A stretch of 38,636 nucleotides of DNA, from NCBI GenBank assembly GCA_014729495.1, contig WJJV01000006.1, positions 1-38,636 of the forward strand, written 5' to 3'. Shown piece by piece: positions 25,697 to 35,897 of this stretch; position 1 is the first letter of the stretch, and every line of letters starts with the position of its first letter. Source of the stretch: Candidatus Woesearchaeota archaeon. GTDB taxonomy: Archaea; Nanobdellota; Nanobdellia; Woesearchaeales; UBA12501. The translations under genes and the position numbers were made by a program. The notes under the pieces were generated by a model. It searched no databases. It had not been told where the DNA came from and saw only the letters and a program-made list of their open reading frames with translations.

Positions 25697-28600
25697 TCAT
25701 GACCAGGCAGTCACTATCATCTTGACAGGTCTGCCGTCTATATACACTATTCTTGTTGTCCTTATGACATCCTCTGCCTCAACTGACTCATTGAGCTCAA
25801 ACCTTGTCTTGTCCTCATCAATCTCAATCTGCTCTCCCTCGCAGCAGCGGTGCTTGATCAGAGGATTGGAAGTATCTCTGAGCAGGAGCCCCTGCTTGAC
25901 GCCTGCGCATGCTGGGTAAAGATCGCAGGTATTTCCTGCATCATCCTCAAATCCCCAGCAGTCAGCTATGCAGATATCTCCATCAAGGAGCGTACAGTCT
26001 GCTGTGCAGTCAAGGTTTATAGGGCATACATCATCAAAGTCAAGAGTGATTGTCTCACCCTGTGAGACATCTGAATAAGTAAGCTCTCTTGTGGAGCTTC
26101 CTGCATAAGATGCCCTCACAGATCCACTTCCAGAAGGTATCTCAAGAGAGTACTCTCCACTGTTGTCAGTTGTAGTTGACAAGCCTCCTGCTGTCACAGT
26201 AGCCCCTGGAAGAGGATTCTCTCCGCATGATACTGTTCCCTCAGCAATTGCTGTCTGACCTATGATTATTGTCGTGCTGTTAGGTATTCCATAATAGCCT
26301 CTTGCTGTGTCCCTTGGCCTGAGCATGACCTCATAAGTGCCGGTGGAGACTTCAGGCACACCCCATGTGAACTCAGTTCCCTGGACTCCAGGAGCTATGA
26401 CCTGGGCCAGTATGCCATCCTTGTACAGCTCAAGATCATACTCAATAGGATTGACTGATGACTGAGCAGACCATGTGAGCTCAAGATTAGTTCCCCTGGC
26501 CACAACAGTTCCGTCAAGAGGAGTATTGAATACAGCGAGACCGCAGTCAGCATCACCCACCCTGCTGTAAGGTATGCCCTCGCTGTAGAAGTTTCCTTCT
26601 CCACCTACGCAATACATATTGCCTCCTGCAGAGTCAATGATGCCACTTCTGTAGAAGTGGTTGAGGTATATCTCATTGCCTGTTGCTCCTGAAGCGAGAT
26701 TAAGGTCATTATAGTTCTCAAGCAGTGCTGCTGTTATTGTGTTGCCCGGCTTCTCTACCCTTATTCCTGTATCATAATCAGACACAGATATATTCCTCAG
26801 CACAATGCTCTCATTCCTTACAAGGATTCCTGTTCCTGAATCAGCAGAAGCAGATGCAAGCCTTGCTCCCTGGCCGTCTATTGTTATGCCAGTGTTGTTC
26901 GTTATTATGACTCCGTCATTGTCATCATCAGCTATGATGTAGAAGTATGGGCACAGCACAACATCATCATTAGCATAATAATTATTATTCTCATCAAGAG
27001 CTGTCTCAAGGTCAAGGCATGGCTCGCAGACATCACCTACACCATTTGCGTCTGTGTCAAGCTGGTCTGGATTTGAGTAGTTTGCATAGCAGTCTGCCTG
27101 AGCAGCAGGATCAGTCACATCAGCGCATGGCTCTGTAGGCACGCAGTTGTCAAAGCTGTCGCACACACCATCCTCATCCCAGTCAATGCACTGGCACTCT
27201 CCTGTATCATCATGGCATATCCTGAAATCATCTGTTGAGTCTGATATTCCTCTCACGCACTCTCCTGGAGCAAGGCAGCAGAAAGTGTCATCTGTGCCTG
27301 CTATAAGTGTCCAGTTGCCTCCCTTGCATACCTCATCAGAACTGCATTCTATGCCTCCATGGCTTGCGCAGCTCTCGCATGCTGCTGTGCATGCAGGATC
27401 AAGGCAGTCAATCTGGCCATTGCAGTCATTGTCTATGCCATCATAGCAGTTTGTCTCAAACATGCTGAGCCCGAACATTCCTGGATCATCGCAGTCTACA
27501 AGTCCGTCGCAATCATTATCTTTTCCGTCAACTATCTCAACAGCACCAGGATATACTCCTGGATCATCATCATTGCAGTCATTGCCTCCGAGAGGGCAGA
27601 GCTGGCTTCCAGTGTATGTCATTGTTCCATCACAGTAATCATCATTGTCATCATCGCATCCATTGTCTGCCAGACCATCACAGTCATTGTCCAGTCCGTC
27701 GCATATCTCTGCTTCAGGCTCGCACACGCAGAAAGGATATTCAGCGCAGTCTGGATCATCGCAGTTAGGGATTCCATCGCAGTCATCATCTATTGGATTG
27801 CCTTCTGAGTCATGATTGAGGCATGATTCATTCAGTATAAGATATTCATCACCTCCAAGAGAGACATATTCATCATCTGGAATAGCTGTTAGGGTATCAT
27901 AATAACCATATCTCCAGGTGATAGTAGAATTGAATATTGTATCTGAGCAGAGGGCTTTTGATCCTGTGCAGAAGGTCTCATTCAAAGGAGTCTCTCCTTC
28001 ACCGTCAAGTGTACTGGGATCACAGTCATCATCAATGCCATTGCATATGTCAGGCATACCAGGATTGATGCATATCGCGCATCCAGATGTATCATAAGAG
28101 CACTGGTCAACAGTTGAAGGGCATCCTGCAGGATCATCTGTCTTGTCATCATCGCAATCCTGCGCATCAGGAAATATGCAACCTCCTCTTAAGAAAGCAT
28201 CTGCTGAATCACCATAGCCGTCTCCGTCAAGATCAGTGCACTGGCATGCTACAGTTGAATTTAAAAAAGATGTATCAGATGATGCCCAAAGTATCTCATA
28301 GACTGGATCAGCCCAGGTTATGCTGCCTAAGTAAGGTCCATAATTGAGACCTTCAACAATGCTTACTTTCTCTCCAAGCCTGTTGCCGTCTATGTCTATC
28401 CTCTCAAAGTAGAGGTTTCCGCCATAATTATATGTGCTGTACACAACTCCAAAGTATTCTCCATTCCATTCAACACCCTGAAGCTCCTGAAGCCCATAAG
28501 CAGTATCGCTTGTGAAGTCCACAAAGTAATCATCAACAACATTCTCTCCAGACATTGGAATCAGGTTTCCATCCATGTCAAAGAGTGCATACATCACCCT

Positions 28601-30382
28601 GATATAGTTCCTTGGAGAGTATCTTGTGGTGAACAGGGCATAAGCATTCTCTTCAGGAATCCATATTATCTGTGGCTTAGGATTTCTTGTTGAATCTATT
28701 GTATCAAGCACTATAAGATCCTCAGAATCAAATACTGCTGGAGCTGAGTTTCCATCACCATCCATATCTATGGGGTTTCCTGCTGCATCTATGGCAGTGT
28801 ATAGGATCTCATTATTGTATCTTGTCCTCCTGTCTCTCCAGACAAGAGCATACTCTCCCTCTGCAGTCCCATCTCCATCCCTGTCAATGTCAGGATTCCA
28901 GACAAGGTCAGGGTATTCAGATTCATAATCATTATATGTTATCCTTGCATCAGAACTTCCGCATGAACCAAATCCGAAATGGAGGTCCTCCGCATTAGTG
29001 AGATCGCTGTTCTCAGGATGCGACTCAACGCAAACAATCCCAGGATCTGCAGCAGGATCATCTTTAGCTGTTGCTTCTGTACCCCAATCATAAGGGAAAT
29101 ATCCTGAAGAATCATCACCACCTATCTTATTGCATTCCTGCCAGTCGCATTCAGCAATATCTCTTCCATCCACAAGCCCGTCGCAGTCATTATCATAACC
29201 ATCAAAGCAGTCCTCAGGGATTGAGGAACAATACTTGCATCCTATATCAGCAGAGCAGTCCTCATCATCGCAGTCAACAAATCCGTCGCAGTCATCATCA
29301 ATATAGTTTCCGCATACCTCAGCACTGCACAAGCCTGACTCCAGGATAACGCACTGATGATTGCTGACAACCTCAACATCATAAGCCATTATCCCCGGGA
29401 TCTCTTTGAGAGTGTCTGCTCCGCACTCAACCATTCCGCTGGAATGTATGAGGCACCTGTAATCACTTATCAATACAGGCGACACATCAATAGCATCAGT
29501 AACACCTGTATCTTCAGGTGTCCTGTCCCAGCAGGAAACTGTTCCATCAGACAGCACAGCGCATTTTGGTGAGACTTCTAATGCATCTGTGATGCCTTCT
29601 ACATAAGCAGGAGACTCCCATATGGTCACATAGTTCTTTCCCCAGCACTTCACAGCACCATAAGCTAGCTTAGCGCATGTGAAAAATCCTGAGGATGACA
29701 CTTCAACAGCATGCTCAACATCAATAACAGGCTCTGCTTTTGGGTGAGGATCCCAGTCCTGGACTCCCTGGCCAAGATTATAATCCCTGTTCCTTCCCCA
29801 GCAGGCAACAGTATAGTCTGGAAGCAATGCGCAGCTGTGGTCATTGCCTACAGCAATATCAATAGCTGATATAGGATTGTCAGACTGGTCAATAACCTGC
29901 ACAGGAGAATTCCTGTTCTCTCCAGATGTTCCATCACCAAGCTGGCCGAATGCATTGTATCCCCAGCAGTACACAGGGCTTCCGTCAGACATATCGCCGT
30001 CATCAACAAGAGCACAGGTATGGTAATGGCCTGCCTCAACCTGAAGAACACCTGATAATGCACTTACCTGCAATGGATCAGCATTCGTGAATGAAGAGTA
30101 ACCAACACCCAGCTGTCCGAGATTGCCTCTTCCCCAGCACCATAATGTCTTGTCATCCTTTATTGCGCAGGTGTGGTCTGTGCCAACTGCAATATCAACA
30201 GCATCAGCAATTCCAGAGACCTCAACAGGAGCATCGCTGGCATCAGTGCTGCCATCTCCCAGCTGGCCATAATCATTGCTTCCCCAGCAGGCCATGTTGC
30301 TCTGCGCACTGGCCAGACCCATACAAAGCACAGCCATGACTACAATAACCATCCACATTCCGGGTCTCTTTGCTTTGTTCAT
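25697..30382 (-). CDS. Large surface protein: RCC1 repeats, DDDCDG (MopE-like) repeats, beta-helix and carboxypeptidase-regulatory-like domains
   Basis: Signal peptide, CWGSNDYGQLGDG repeats, many E.C.G.D.DCDG repeats, ITIDGQG, LPGATVT...TTDNSGEYSL. Confidence 0.88.
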   Translation of the reverse strand: MNKAKRPGMWMVIVVMAVLCMGLASAQSNMACWGSNDYGQLGDGSTDASDAPVEVSGIADAVDIAVGTDHTCAIKDDKTLWCWGRGNLGQLGVGYSSFTNADPLQVSALSGVLQVEAGHYHTCALVDDGDMSDGSPVYCWGYNAFGQLGDGTSGENRNSPVQVIDQSDNPISAIDIAVGNDHSCALLPDYTVACWGRNRDYNLGQGVQDWDPHPKAEPVIDVEHAVEVSSSGFFTCAKLAYGAVKCWGKNYVTIWESPAYVEGITDALEVSPKCAVLSDGTVSCWDRTPEDTGVTDAIDVSPVLISDYRCLIHSSGMVECGADTLKEIPGIMAYDVEVVSNHQCVILESGLCSAEVCGNYIDDDCDGFVDCDDEDCSADIGCKYCSSIPEDCFDGYDNDCDGLVDGRDIAECDWQECNKIGGDDSSGYFPYDWGTEATAKDDPAADPGIVCVESHPENSDLTNAEDLHFGFGSCGSSDARITYNDYESEYPDLVWNPDIDRDGDGTAEGEYALVWRDRRTRYNNEILYTAIDAAGNPIDMDGDGNSAPAVFDSEDLIVLDTIDSTRNPKPQIIWIPEENAYALFTTRYSPRNYIRVMYALFDMDGNLIPMSGENVVDDYFVDFTSDTAYGLQELQGVEWNGEYFGVVYSTYNYGGNLYFERIDIDGNRLGEKVSIVEGLNYGPYLGSITWADPVYEILWASSDTSFLNSTVACQCTDLDGDGYGDSADAFLRGGCIFPDAQDCDDDKTDDPAGCPSTVDQCSYDTSGCAICINPGMPDICNGIDDDCDPSTLDGEGETPLNETFCTGSKALCSDTIFNSTITWRYGYYDTLTAIPDDEYVSLGGDEYLILNESCLNHDSEGNPIDDDCDGIPNCDDPDCAEYPFCVCEPEAEICDGLDNDCDGLADNGCDDDNDDYCDGTMTYTGSQLCPLGGNDCNDDDPGVYPGAVEIVDGKDNDCDGLVDCDDPGMFGLSMFETNCYDGIDNDCNGQIDCLDPACTAACESCASHGGIECSSDEVCKGGNWTLIAGTDDTFCCLAPGECVRGISDSTDDFRICHDDTGECQCIDWDEDGVCDSFDNCVPTEPCADVTDPAAQADCYANYSNPDQLDTDANGVGDVCEPCLDLETALDENNNYYANDDVVLCPYFYIIADDDNDGVIITNNTGITIDGQGARLASASADSGTGILVRNESIVLRNISVSDYDTGIRVEKPGNTITAALLENYNDLNLASGATGNEIYLNHFYRSGIIDSAGGNMYCVGGEGNFYSEGIPYSRVGDADCGLAVFNTPLDGTVVARGTNLELTWSAQSSVNPIEYDLELYKDGILAQVIAPGVQGTEFTWGVPEVSTGTYEVMLRPRDTARGYYGIPNSTTIIIGQTAIAEGTVSCGENPLPGATVTAGGLSTTTDNSGEYSLEIPSGSGSVRASYAGSSTRELTYSDVSQGETITLDFDDVCPINLDCTADCTLLDGDICIADCWGFEDDAGNTCDLYPACAGVKQGLLLRDTSNPLIKHRCCEGEQIEIDEDKTRFELNESVEAEDVIRTTRIVYIDGRPVKMIVTAWS

Positions 30383-30393
30383 TCTATCTATTA

Positions 30394-30810
30394 TCAAGTA
30401 TTGATCTCTCTGGGAAGAACGCTCTTGACAAACTCAAGAGCTGACTTTGTCTTCTCTTCAGAAACCTCTTCTGCTCCATATACAGCTAAATTTCTCAGTT
30501 TCCTCAGTTCATCAAAATTATCCAGCATCCCAGAATCCATTTCAGAATAATTCTCTTTCAGATAAGCTATCAGGACTTCATGCGAGTAAGGCTTGTACCC
30601 ATCTGCGCAAAGAACTGCCTGCGCTGCTTCCCTCAGGCTTTCATAGACATCCTCAAATATGAATCCCGAATTATCATCTGAGAGGGTCTGTGATTCAATA
30701 TATTTCAGCCTATCCTCTGCCTTTTTCATAAGCGAAGCTGCCATCTCATTGTCTGGCTGCTGTTTCACTGCTTTTTTCTCTTTCATGTAAAACTCAAAGC
30801 TTCTTATCAT
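30394..30810 (-). CDS. HEPN-domain protein (toxin of MNT-HEPN pair)
   Basis: YESLREAAQA...GYKPYSHE...LRKLRNLAVYG; overlaps the MNT stop. Confidence 0.85.
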   Translation of the reverse strand: MIRSFEFYMKEKKAVKQQPDNEMAASLMKKAEDRLKYIESQTLSDDNSGFIFEDVYESLREAAQAVLCADGYKPYSHEVLIAYLKENYSEMDSGMLDNFDELRKLRNLAVYGAEEVSEEKTKSALEFVKSVLPREINT

Positions 30811-31334
30811 TTTATCAGTCTCAAAAAACCATGGAGCGTGATTCCATTCGCAAGATTGTTCCTGAACTCCTTGCTGGCTTTGTCAAGCTTTATCTTATGG
30901 ATGTTTATCCTCCTTTTCAGGCTTTTCTCGTATTTTGCTGTGTTGATGTCTTTTTTCTTGTCTGTTATGACTGCAATGTCAATGTCTGATCTGCCTGTGT
31001 CCTCTCCTCTTGCATAGCTGCCGAAAAGCACTACTGCTTCTGGCAGGTACTTCTCTGCAATCTCCCTGATCACTCCGCAGCTTGATATGCTGTAGATGTT
31101 TGATGCTCTTTTCAGGGCAACAAACTCTTTGTTGTCAGTATTTGCCAGGTAGTTGTCTGTCACCCTGGTCTTTTCCTTTGAAACAAGGTCCTGTTTCACA
31201 AGCTTCCTCAGGATCTTCAGGACTCCTGCAGGCGACAGGCCTGTGAGCCTTGCTATCTCCCTCAGGTGGAAGCTTGTGTCTGGATTCTGCAGGAACATAT
31301 CCATGACCCTGTCTGTGTTTGTTTTTGTGAACAT
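30807..31334 (-). CDS. HTH-fused minimal nucleotidyltransferase (MNT antitoxin)
   Basis: FHLREIARLTGLS HTH; LFGSYARGEDTGRSDIDIAV. Confidence 0.92.
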   Translation of the reverse strand: MFTKTNTDRVMDMFLQNPDTSFHLREIARLTGLSPAGVLKILRKLVKQDLVSKEKTRVTDNYLANTDNKEFVALKRASNIYSISSCGVIREIAEKYLPEAVVLFGSYARGEDTGRSDIDIAVITDKKKDINTAKYEKSLKRRINIHKIKLDKASKEFRNNLANGITLHGFLRLIK

Positions 31335-31421
31335 ATGTTAACTCCAGTTAACATATATATTTAAATGTTGTGTTTTTTCTTTATTGTTTACTTTAATGAA
31401 CATTTGTTTACTTTTGTTGAC
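31327..31421. promoter_or_regulatory. Operator array: GTNNAC-type hexamers at exact 10-bp spacing flanking the MNT-HEPN TATA box
   Basis: Hexamers at 31327, 31337, 31347 and at 31386, 31396 (ATGAAC), 31406, 31416. Confidence 0.7.
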
Positions 31422-31474
31422 ACCACTCTGGCTGCCAAAACAGTCCACATTCCGGGTCTCTTTGGATTTGCCAT
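31388..31474 (-). pseudogene. Vestigial 5' end of a surface-protein gene
   Basis: Reads MANPKRPGMWTVLAA...; 21 bp (31444-31464) are identical to 30352-30372. Confidence 0.6.
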
Positions 31475-31500
31475 TTTGTTCTTGTTTTTAGGTTATTTGT

Positions 31501-32304
31501 TTATCTGCAGCAGGTTATAAATATTCCTTCTCTGCACCGGTTACCCATTCCTCCTCCAGCATGGCATTTCAGATTAATTTGTCCCGGCCATCTGTCTTGC
31601 ACACCTATATACATATATTCTCCTTCACTGTGCCAGGTATCTCTAAAAAATGCATAGTCCACATCAAGCAATACAGGATGTGTGGATGGACACTGCAAAT
31701 TTATAGTATCACCATTTGAATTAAATTCATAACCTCCTGAAGTCAGATCATTCTCAACACTTTTGCTTCCACTATTTGCAGGTTTTCCATAAAACAGAAC
31801 ATCACATCTGCCTGGCATGAAGTTTCCTGAGACAGCAAAATCTCCATTAACTCTGGTATTACCACCTAAAACAAGATCTGAAGTTGAATCTGAATTGGAG
31901 ATAGCACCAGATACATGCAGTCGGTCATCTATAGTCACTATATCCCCATCAGGATTTAATACTGAACCACTAACCTCAATATTTCCACCTACAGCAGCAT
32001 CATTAGTGATATCCAGGCCATTAGTGCCTTCAACTCTTGTGTAACCTGTGACAACAAGCTGGTCATCTACTATAACATTGCCTGCTGGGTCTGCATTGGC
32101 TACTGTTCCTGTCAGCTTGAGGTCATCATCCACTGTCACTCCAGTGCCTGACTTGCCTGTTATCAGGTCAGTGAACAGTGTCCCATGCGATGGCTGGTCT
32201 GCACTGTATGTCTGCGCAATCACAAAACCAGCTGCTCCGATCATCACAATCACTGCAATCGTCAACCATAAGTGTTTTTTTAAAATGTTTATTTCGATTT
32301 TCAT
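31501..32304 (-). CDS. Membrane-anchored or secreted fibre-like protein
   Basis: MKIEINILKKH plus a hydrophobic segment; repeated V.VDD.L.V.G strands; Cys-containing C-terminal domain. Confidence 0.75.
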   Translation of the reverse strand: MKIEINILKKHLWLTIAVIVMIGAAGFVIAQTYSADQPSHGTLFTDLITGKSGTGVTVDDDLKLTGTVANADPAGNVIVDDQLVVTGYTRVEGTNGLDITNDAAVGGNIEVSGSVLNPDGDIVTIDDRLHVSGAISNSDSTSDLVLGGNTRVNGDFAVSGNFMPGRCDVLFYGKPANSGSKSVENDLTSGGYEFNSNGDTINLQCPSTHPVLLDVDYAFFRDTWHSEGEYMYIGVQDRWPGQINLKCHAGGGMGNRCREGIFITCCR

Positions 32305-32317
32305 TTTTTATCACCTT

Positions 32318-32761
32318 TTATTGCATGCCTACTGCAATCCAATATATTTCTATAGGGTTGCTTTCACCTGGCTGCTGGATTATTGTGAAGCCAGTATTAG
32401 TGACATCTGTCAGATAGAAACCATAATAGATTCCGTCATATTCACTATTAGTCTCAAAATCAGTGAATGCATCTTGAACCATCCAATCTAAGGGATCTCC
32501 TTCTAATGTTGGCTTTTTCCAGTATATCTTTATCAGAGGCTTGTCTGAGTAGGTATTCTGGAAAGTAACTGCAGTAGCTGAGTCAGCCCCCCCTGTGGTC
32601 ACAGTGCCGGACTCAATAGGGATATCACTGATCTCACTCCAGGGATGCCCCTGTGTGTTTCCTACTGCCTGAGCATAGGCAAATACTCCTATCATAATCA
32701 CTGCAATAGTAATCATCAAAGCCCAAAAATGCTTTTTTTCAATATTTATTTTAAATTCCAT
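32318..32761 (-). CDS. Protein with paralogous N-terminus and tail-fibre/H-type-lectin-like C-terminal domain
   Basis: MEFKINIEKKH + TM + GH.W.EI; ESGTV...VTF...Y...P...VTNTGFTI...YWIAVG. Confidence 0.75.
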   Translation of the reverse strand: MEFKINIEKKHFWALMITIAVIMIGVFAYAQAVGNTQGHPWSEISDIPIESGTVTTGGADSATAVTFQNTYSDKPLIKIYWKKPTLEGDPLDWMVQDAFTDFETNSEYDGIYYGFYLTDVTNTGFTIIQQPGESNPIEIYWIAVGMQ

Positions 32762-32770
32762 TTTCTCACC

Positions 32771-35700
32771 TCAACTGCTGTACTCACAGCATATTGTCTT
32801 TGTATAAGGGCTTGCTGTGTCTCCTGCACAGCCAGCCACATGCGAATCATCATTCTTGTATACTGTTGCCACGCATGTTCCTGTATCACATGTCCCGCTG
32901 CCAGCATATTCATGGCATGTTATTGCACCTGTGTCAGCTGCCATGCAGATGTCACTGTCATAATATCCTTGTGTAAGGCTCACATGGCTGTTGTCTGTTC
33001 CATACTTTGACAGCACAAATTCATCTTCTGCTCCTGAGCAGTCAGTTGCAGTAAGACCAGCCTCAGCCAGATTGCAGCAGACATTGTTATCATAATATCC
33101 TGCAGTGCCTATATGAGAGTCATACAAGCCATACATCGTGAACAATGTTGCCTCAGTGCATGCTTCCTGACCTATTGAGCAGACCAATCCTGTCTCAATG
33201 ACACAGTCTGCAGTGCATCCGTCTCCATTCAGCTTGTTCCCGTCATCGCACTCCTCTCCTGAGTCAACAACACCATCTCCGCAGGAAGGCAGTGTGCAGT
33301 CAGTCCTGCACTCATCAGGAGCAGTGTCGCTGTTTGCAGTCCCATTATCACACTCTTCTATGAACTCGACATCTCCGTTACCGCAGACAGGCATTCCCAC
33401 TGCGCAGCATATCTTAGTGTTATAATCATCGCAGTCTCCGATGTGGGCATCTGACTCTGAGGTCACTGAAGCTACGCAGGAGTATCCCTCGTCACAGTCT
33501 CCAGTATTGTAATCGCATATCACAGAGCCTCTGCTTGTCTCCTGGATTGACATGCATGCAGGATTCGTGAATCCTCCTTCAGCAGGCACTTCTACATGAG
33601 CATCATCCTCTGAAGATAGCTCAAGGAAAGCATCTCCATTATCGCATGTTGTGTCCAGAGTAGCTCCTTCTACCTTGCAGCATATCCTGTTTGCGAAATC
33701 TCCAGTATTAGGCAGTGCTGCATGAGCATCAGTCATTGATGACTTCTTCAGCACTTCAATGAATCCAAATTCATCAGGGCATGTTGCCTGCATATGCACG
33801 CATTCAAATCCCCACACTCCTTCAAGAGTGCATTTTCCTGAGCAGCCGTCAAAATATTCAGTGTTGCCGTCATCGCACTGCTCTCCGCCTTCAACCTTTC
33901 CGTTTCCGCATATCTCTTTCTCCTCTGCAAAAAGCATCATCTGGTAGAATATGCCATTAGGAAGAAGCGATGTGTTCCAGAAGTAATCATGATATTGTAT
34001 CTTGATGTCTGTTATGCTTAGCACTCCTGACTGAGCCCTGATCTCAACAGGAATCTGGCATATCTCATCTATGTCAGCATCGCATGAATCATTGATATAA
34101 TCATTGAGCAGTCCAGAAAAGTCAGCCATAGACTGCCTTCCATTGAATTCTCCTGCAGCTCCCCACTCATAGTATCCATCCATCCCTATATCTATTCCAG
34201 GATTAACAGCTCTGCTTCCTGAAACATCAAAAGTAGCCAGATATACTTTAGATGCCTTTGGCACATAAAGATACTGGATCGGCGCATTGCAGTAAGCGCT
34301 GCCTTCACAGTCAGGATCCTCACAATCCCTCAGCCCGTCACAGTCATTGTCAAGGCCGTCATTGCATGATTCTTCTGCAGGCTCGTAGGCTAGAATTGAA
34401 GAGATATCATCCTGCCATCCTGCTGTACCCACACAGGTCTGCAGGCTTCCAGCACATACACCTTTCTGGAGACTATTAAGAGGCGGTTCTTCTCCTGAGC
34501 CATCTGCTGTTGAAGGGTCGCAGTCATCATCTATGCCATTGCATATTTCAGAAGCTCCTGGATGTACTGATGCATCTGAATCATCGCAGTCCTCTTCCTG
34601 ATATAAACAGCTGACTCTCTCCTCTTCTGTTCCTGTCCCATAACCATCCCCATCTATATCCTCACATGTAAGACACCCTAATTTAGTGAAATAAACACCA
34701 GGAACTGAGTCTTCATTAGCCCATACAAAAATATACTCAGAACCTGTCCAGACAAAGGATGATCTAAAAAATACAGGCGAATCACTTCTTCCGTTCCCTA
34801 TATATAATTCGCTCTCAATGGGCTGTTCATTCTCATCAGCTCTGCTGAAATATATATCTGTTTCATCACCAGAAGGGATAGATCTTGATATATAATATTC
34901 AACTCCATTCCACTTAACTTTACCAATATTAAAGCCAAGGATTTCATCGCTAAGTATGTTTCCGTCCATATCAAGCTTGATAAGGTGAGGATTACCATCA
35001 ATAACACCATTACCAAATACATAAATACTTGAGTCTCTGATTATATTACTAAGTCCTGAAAGCCTATAATCTATAGCCTGTTTTTTAAGCTCTATTGTGC
35101 CGCTCTGGCTGATTCTTGCAAAATAGATAGTGAAATAAGGGCTGTCTTCATTCCATATAACAACATATTTTGACCCTGTCCAGATTACGCTTGACCCAGC
35201 TGAGTATTCTGGAGTGTCTGACACAAGAATCCTTGACCCAATAAGATTTCCCTGGGCATCAGCTCTCTGAAGATACACTTCAAAGTTATCAGGTGTCGCC
35301 TCTTCTATATAAGTGAAAGCATACTCTTGGCTATCAGGATTCCATATGACAGATTCCAGATAAGCTGATTTTGTGTTTGATGTAATCTGCTTTGCATCAA
35401 CAATCTTATTGCCCTGAGCATCCACTGCAGCAAAAGCCACCTGATCAGGATAACCACCACTGCCGCAAATATTAGTAGGATGATAATTCTGTTCTCTCCA
35501 GAACACACCATAGCTTGATCCTGTCCATCGAATAAAGGAACTGCTGAAGGAGCACTCTACATCATCTATCTTTGTCGCAGAAAGCAGGTTAGCATTCTCA
35601 TCAAATCTTCCAAGATATATTCTTGCACCAAGAAACTCCTCCTGAGTATAGTTCAAATAGGATATTCCCAACTCCAAGTCATCAGGATTCCATACAGCAT

Positions 35701-35875
35701 AAGGAAGAAATTTCTCAAACGAATAAGATGTATCTACAATATTAACAGTAGGAATCACTTTAGAGACATGACCCTCAGAACAGTAATCCTCCTGGGCATT
35801 AGAGATGGCACTGCTCAAGAGCACAATCATAACTGCCAAAACCATCCACAATCCGATTGTTCTTGATTTTTTCAT
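32771..35875 (-). CDS. Large surface protein with propeller-like W.G..Y repeats, MopE-like and myxobacterial Cys-rich (DUF4215-like) repeats
   Basis: Signal peptide; WTGSSYGVFW; EICNGIDDDCD; CGNG.VE..E.CDDGN. Confidence 0.88.
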   Translation of the reverse strand: MKKSRTIGLWMVLAVMIVLLSSAISNAQEDYCSEGHVSKVIPTVNIVDTSYSFEKFLPYAVWNPDDLELGISYLNYTQEEFLGARIYLGRFDENANLLSATKIDDVECSFSSSFIRWTGSSYGVFWREQNYHPTNICGSGGYPDQVAFAAVDAQGNKIVDAKQITSNTKSAYLESVIWNPDSQEYAFTYIEEATPDNFEVYLQRADAQGNLIGSRILVSDTPEYSAGSSVIWTGSKYVVIWNEDSPYFTIYFARISQSGTIELKKQAIDYRLSGLSNIIRDSSIYVFGNGVIDGNPHLIKLDMDGNILSDEILGFNIGKVKWNGVEYYISRSIPSGDETDIYFSRADENEQPIESELYIGNGRSDSPVFFRSSFVWTGSEYIFVWANEDSVPGVYFTKLGCLTCEDIDGDGYGTGTEEERVSCLYQEEDCDDSDASVHPGASEICNGIDDDCDPSTADGSGEEPPLNSLQKGVCAGSLQTCVGTAGWQDDISSILAYEPAEESCNDGLDNDCDGLRDCEDPDCEGSAYCNAPIQYLYVPKASKVYLATFDVSGSRAVNPGIDIGMDGYYEWGAAGEFNGRQSMADFSGLLNDYINDSCDADIDEICQIPVEIRAQSGVLSITDIKIQYHDYFWNTSLLPNGIFYQMMLFAEEKEICGNGKVEGGEQCDDGNTEYFDGCSGKCTLEGVWGFECVHMQATCPDEFGFIEVLKKSSMTDAHAALPNTGDFANRICCKVEGATLDTTCDNGDAFLELSSEDDAHVEVPAEGGFTNPACMSIQETSRGSVICDYNTGDCDEGYSCVASVTSESDAHIGDCDDYNTKICCAVGMPVCGNGDVEFIEECDNGTANSDTAPDECRTDCTLPSCGDGVVDSGEECDDGNKLNGDGCTADCVIETGLVCSIGQEACTEATLFTMYGLYDSHIGTAGYYDNNVCCNLAEAGLTATDCSGAEDEFVLSKYGTDNSHVSLTQGYYDSDICMAADTGAITCHEYAGSGTCDTGTCVATVYKNDDSHVAGCAGDTASPYTKTICCEYSS

Positions 35876-35897
35876 TGTCTCTTTTTTTCTTTGTTTC

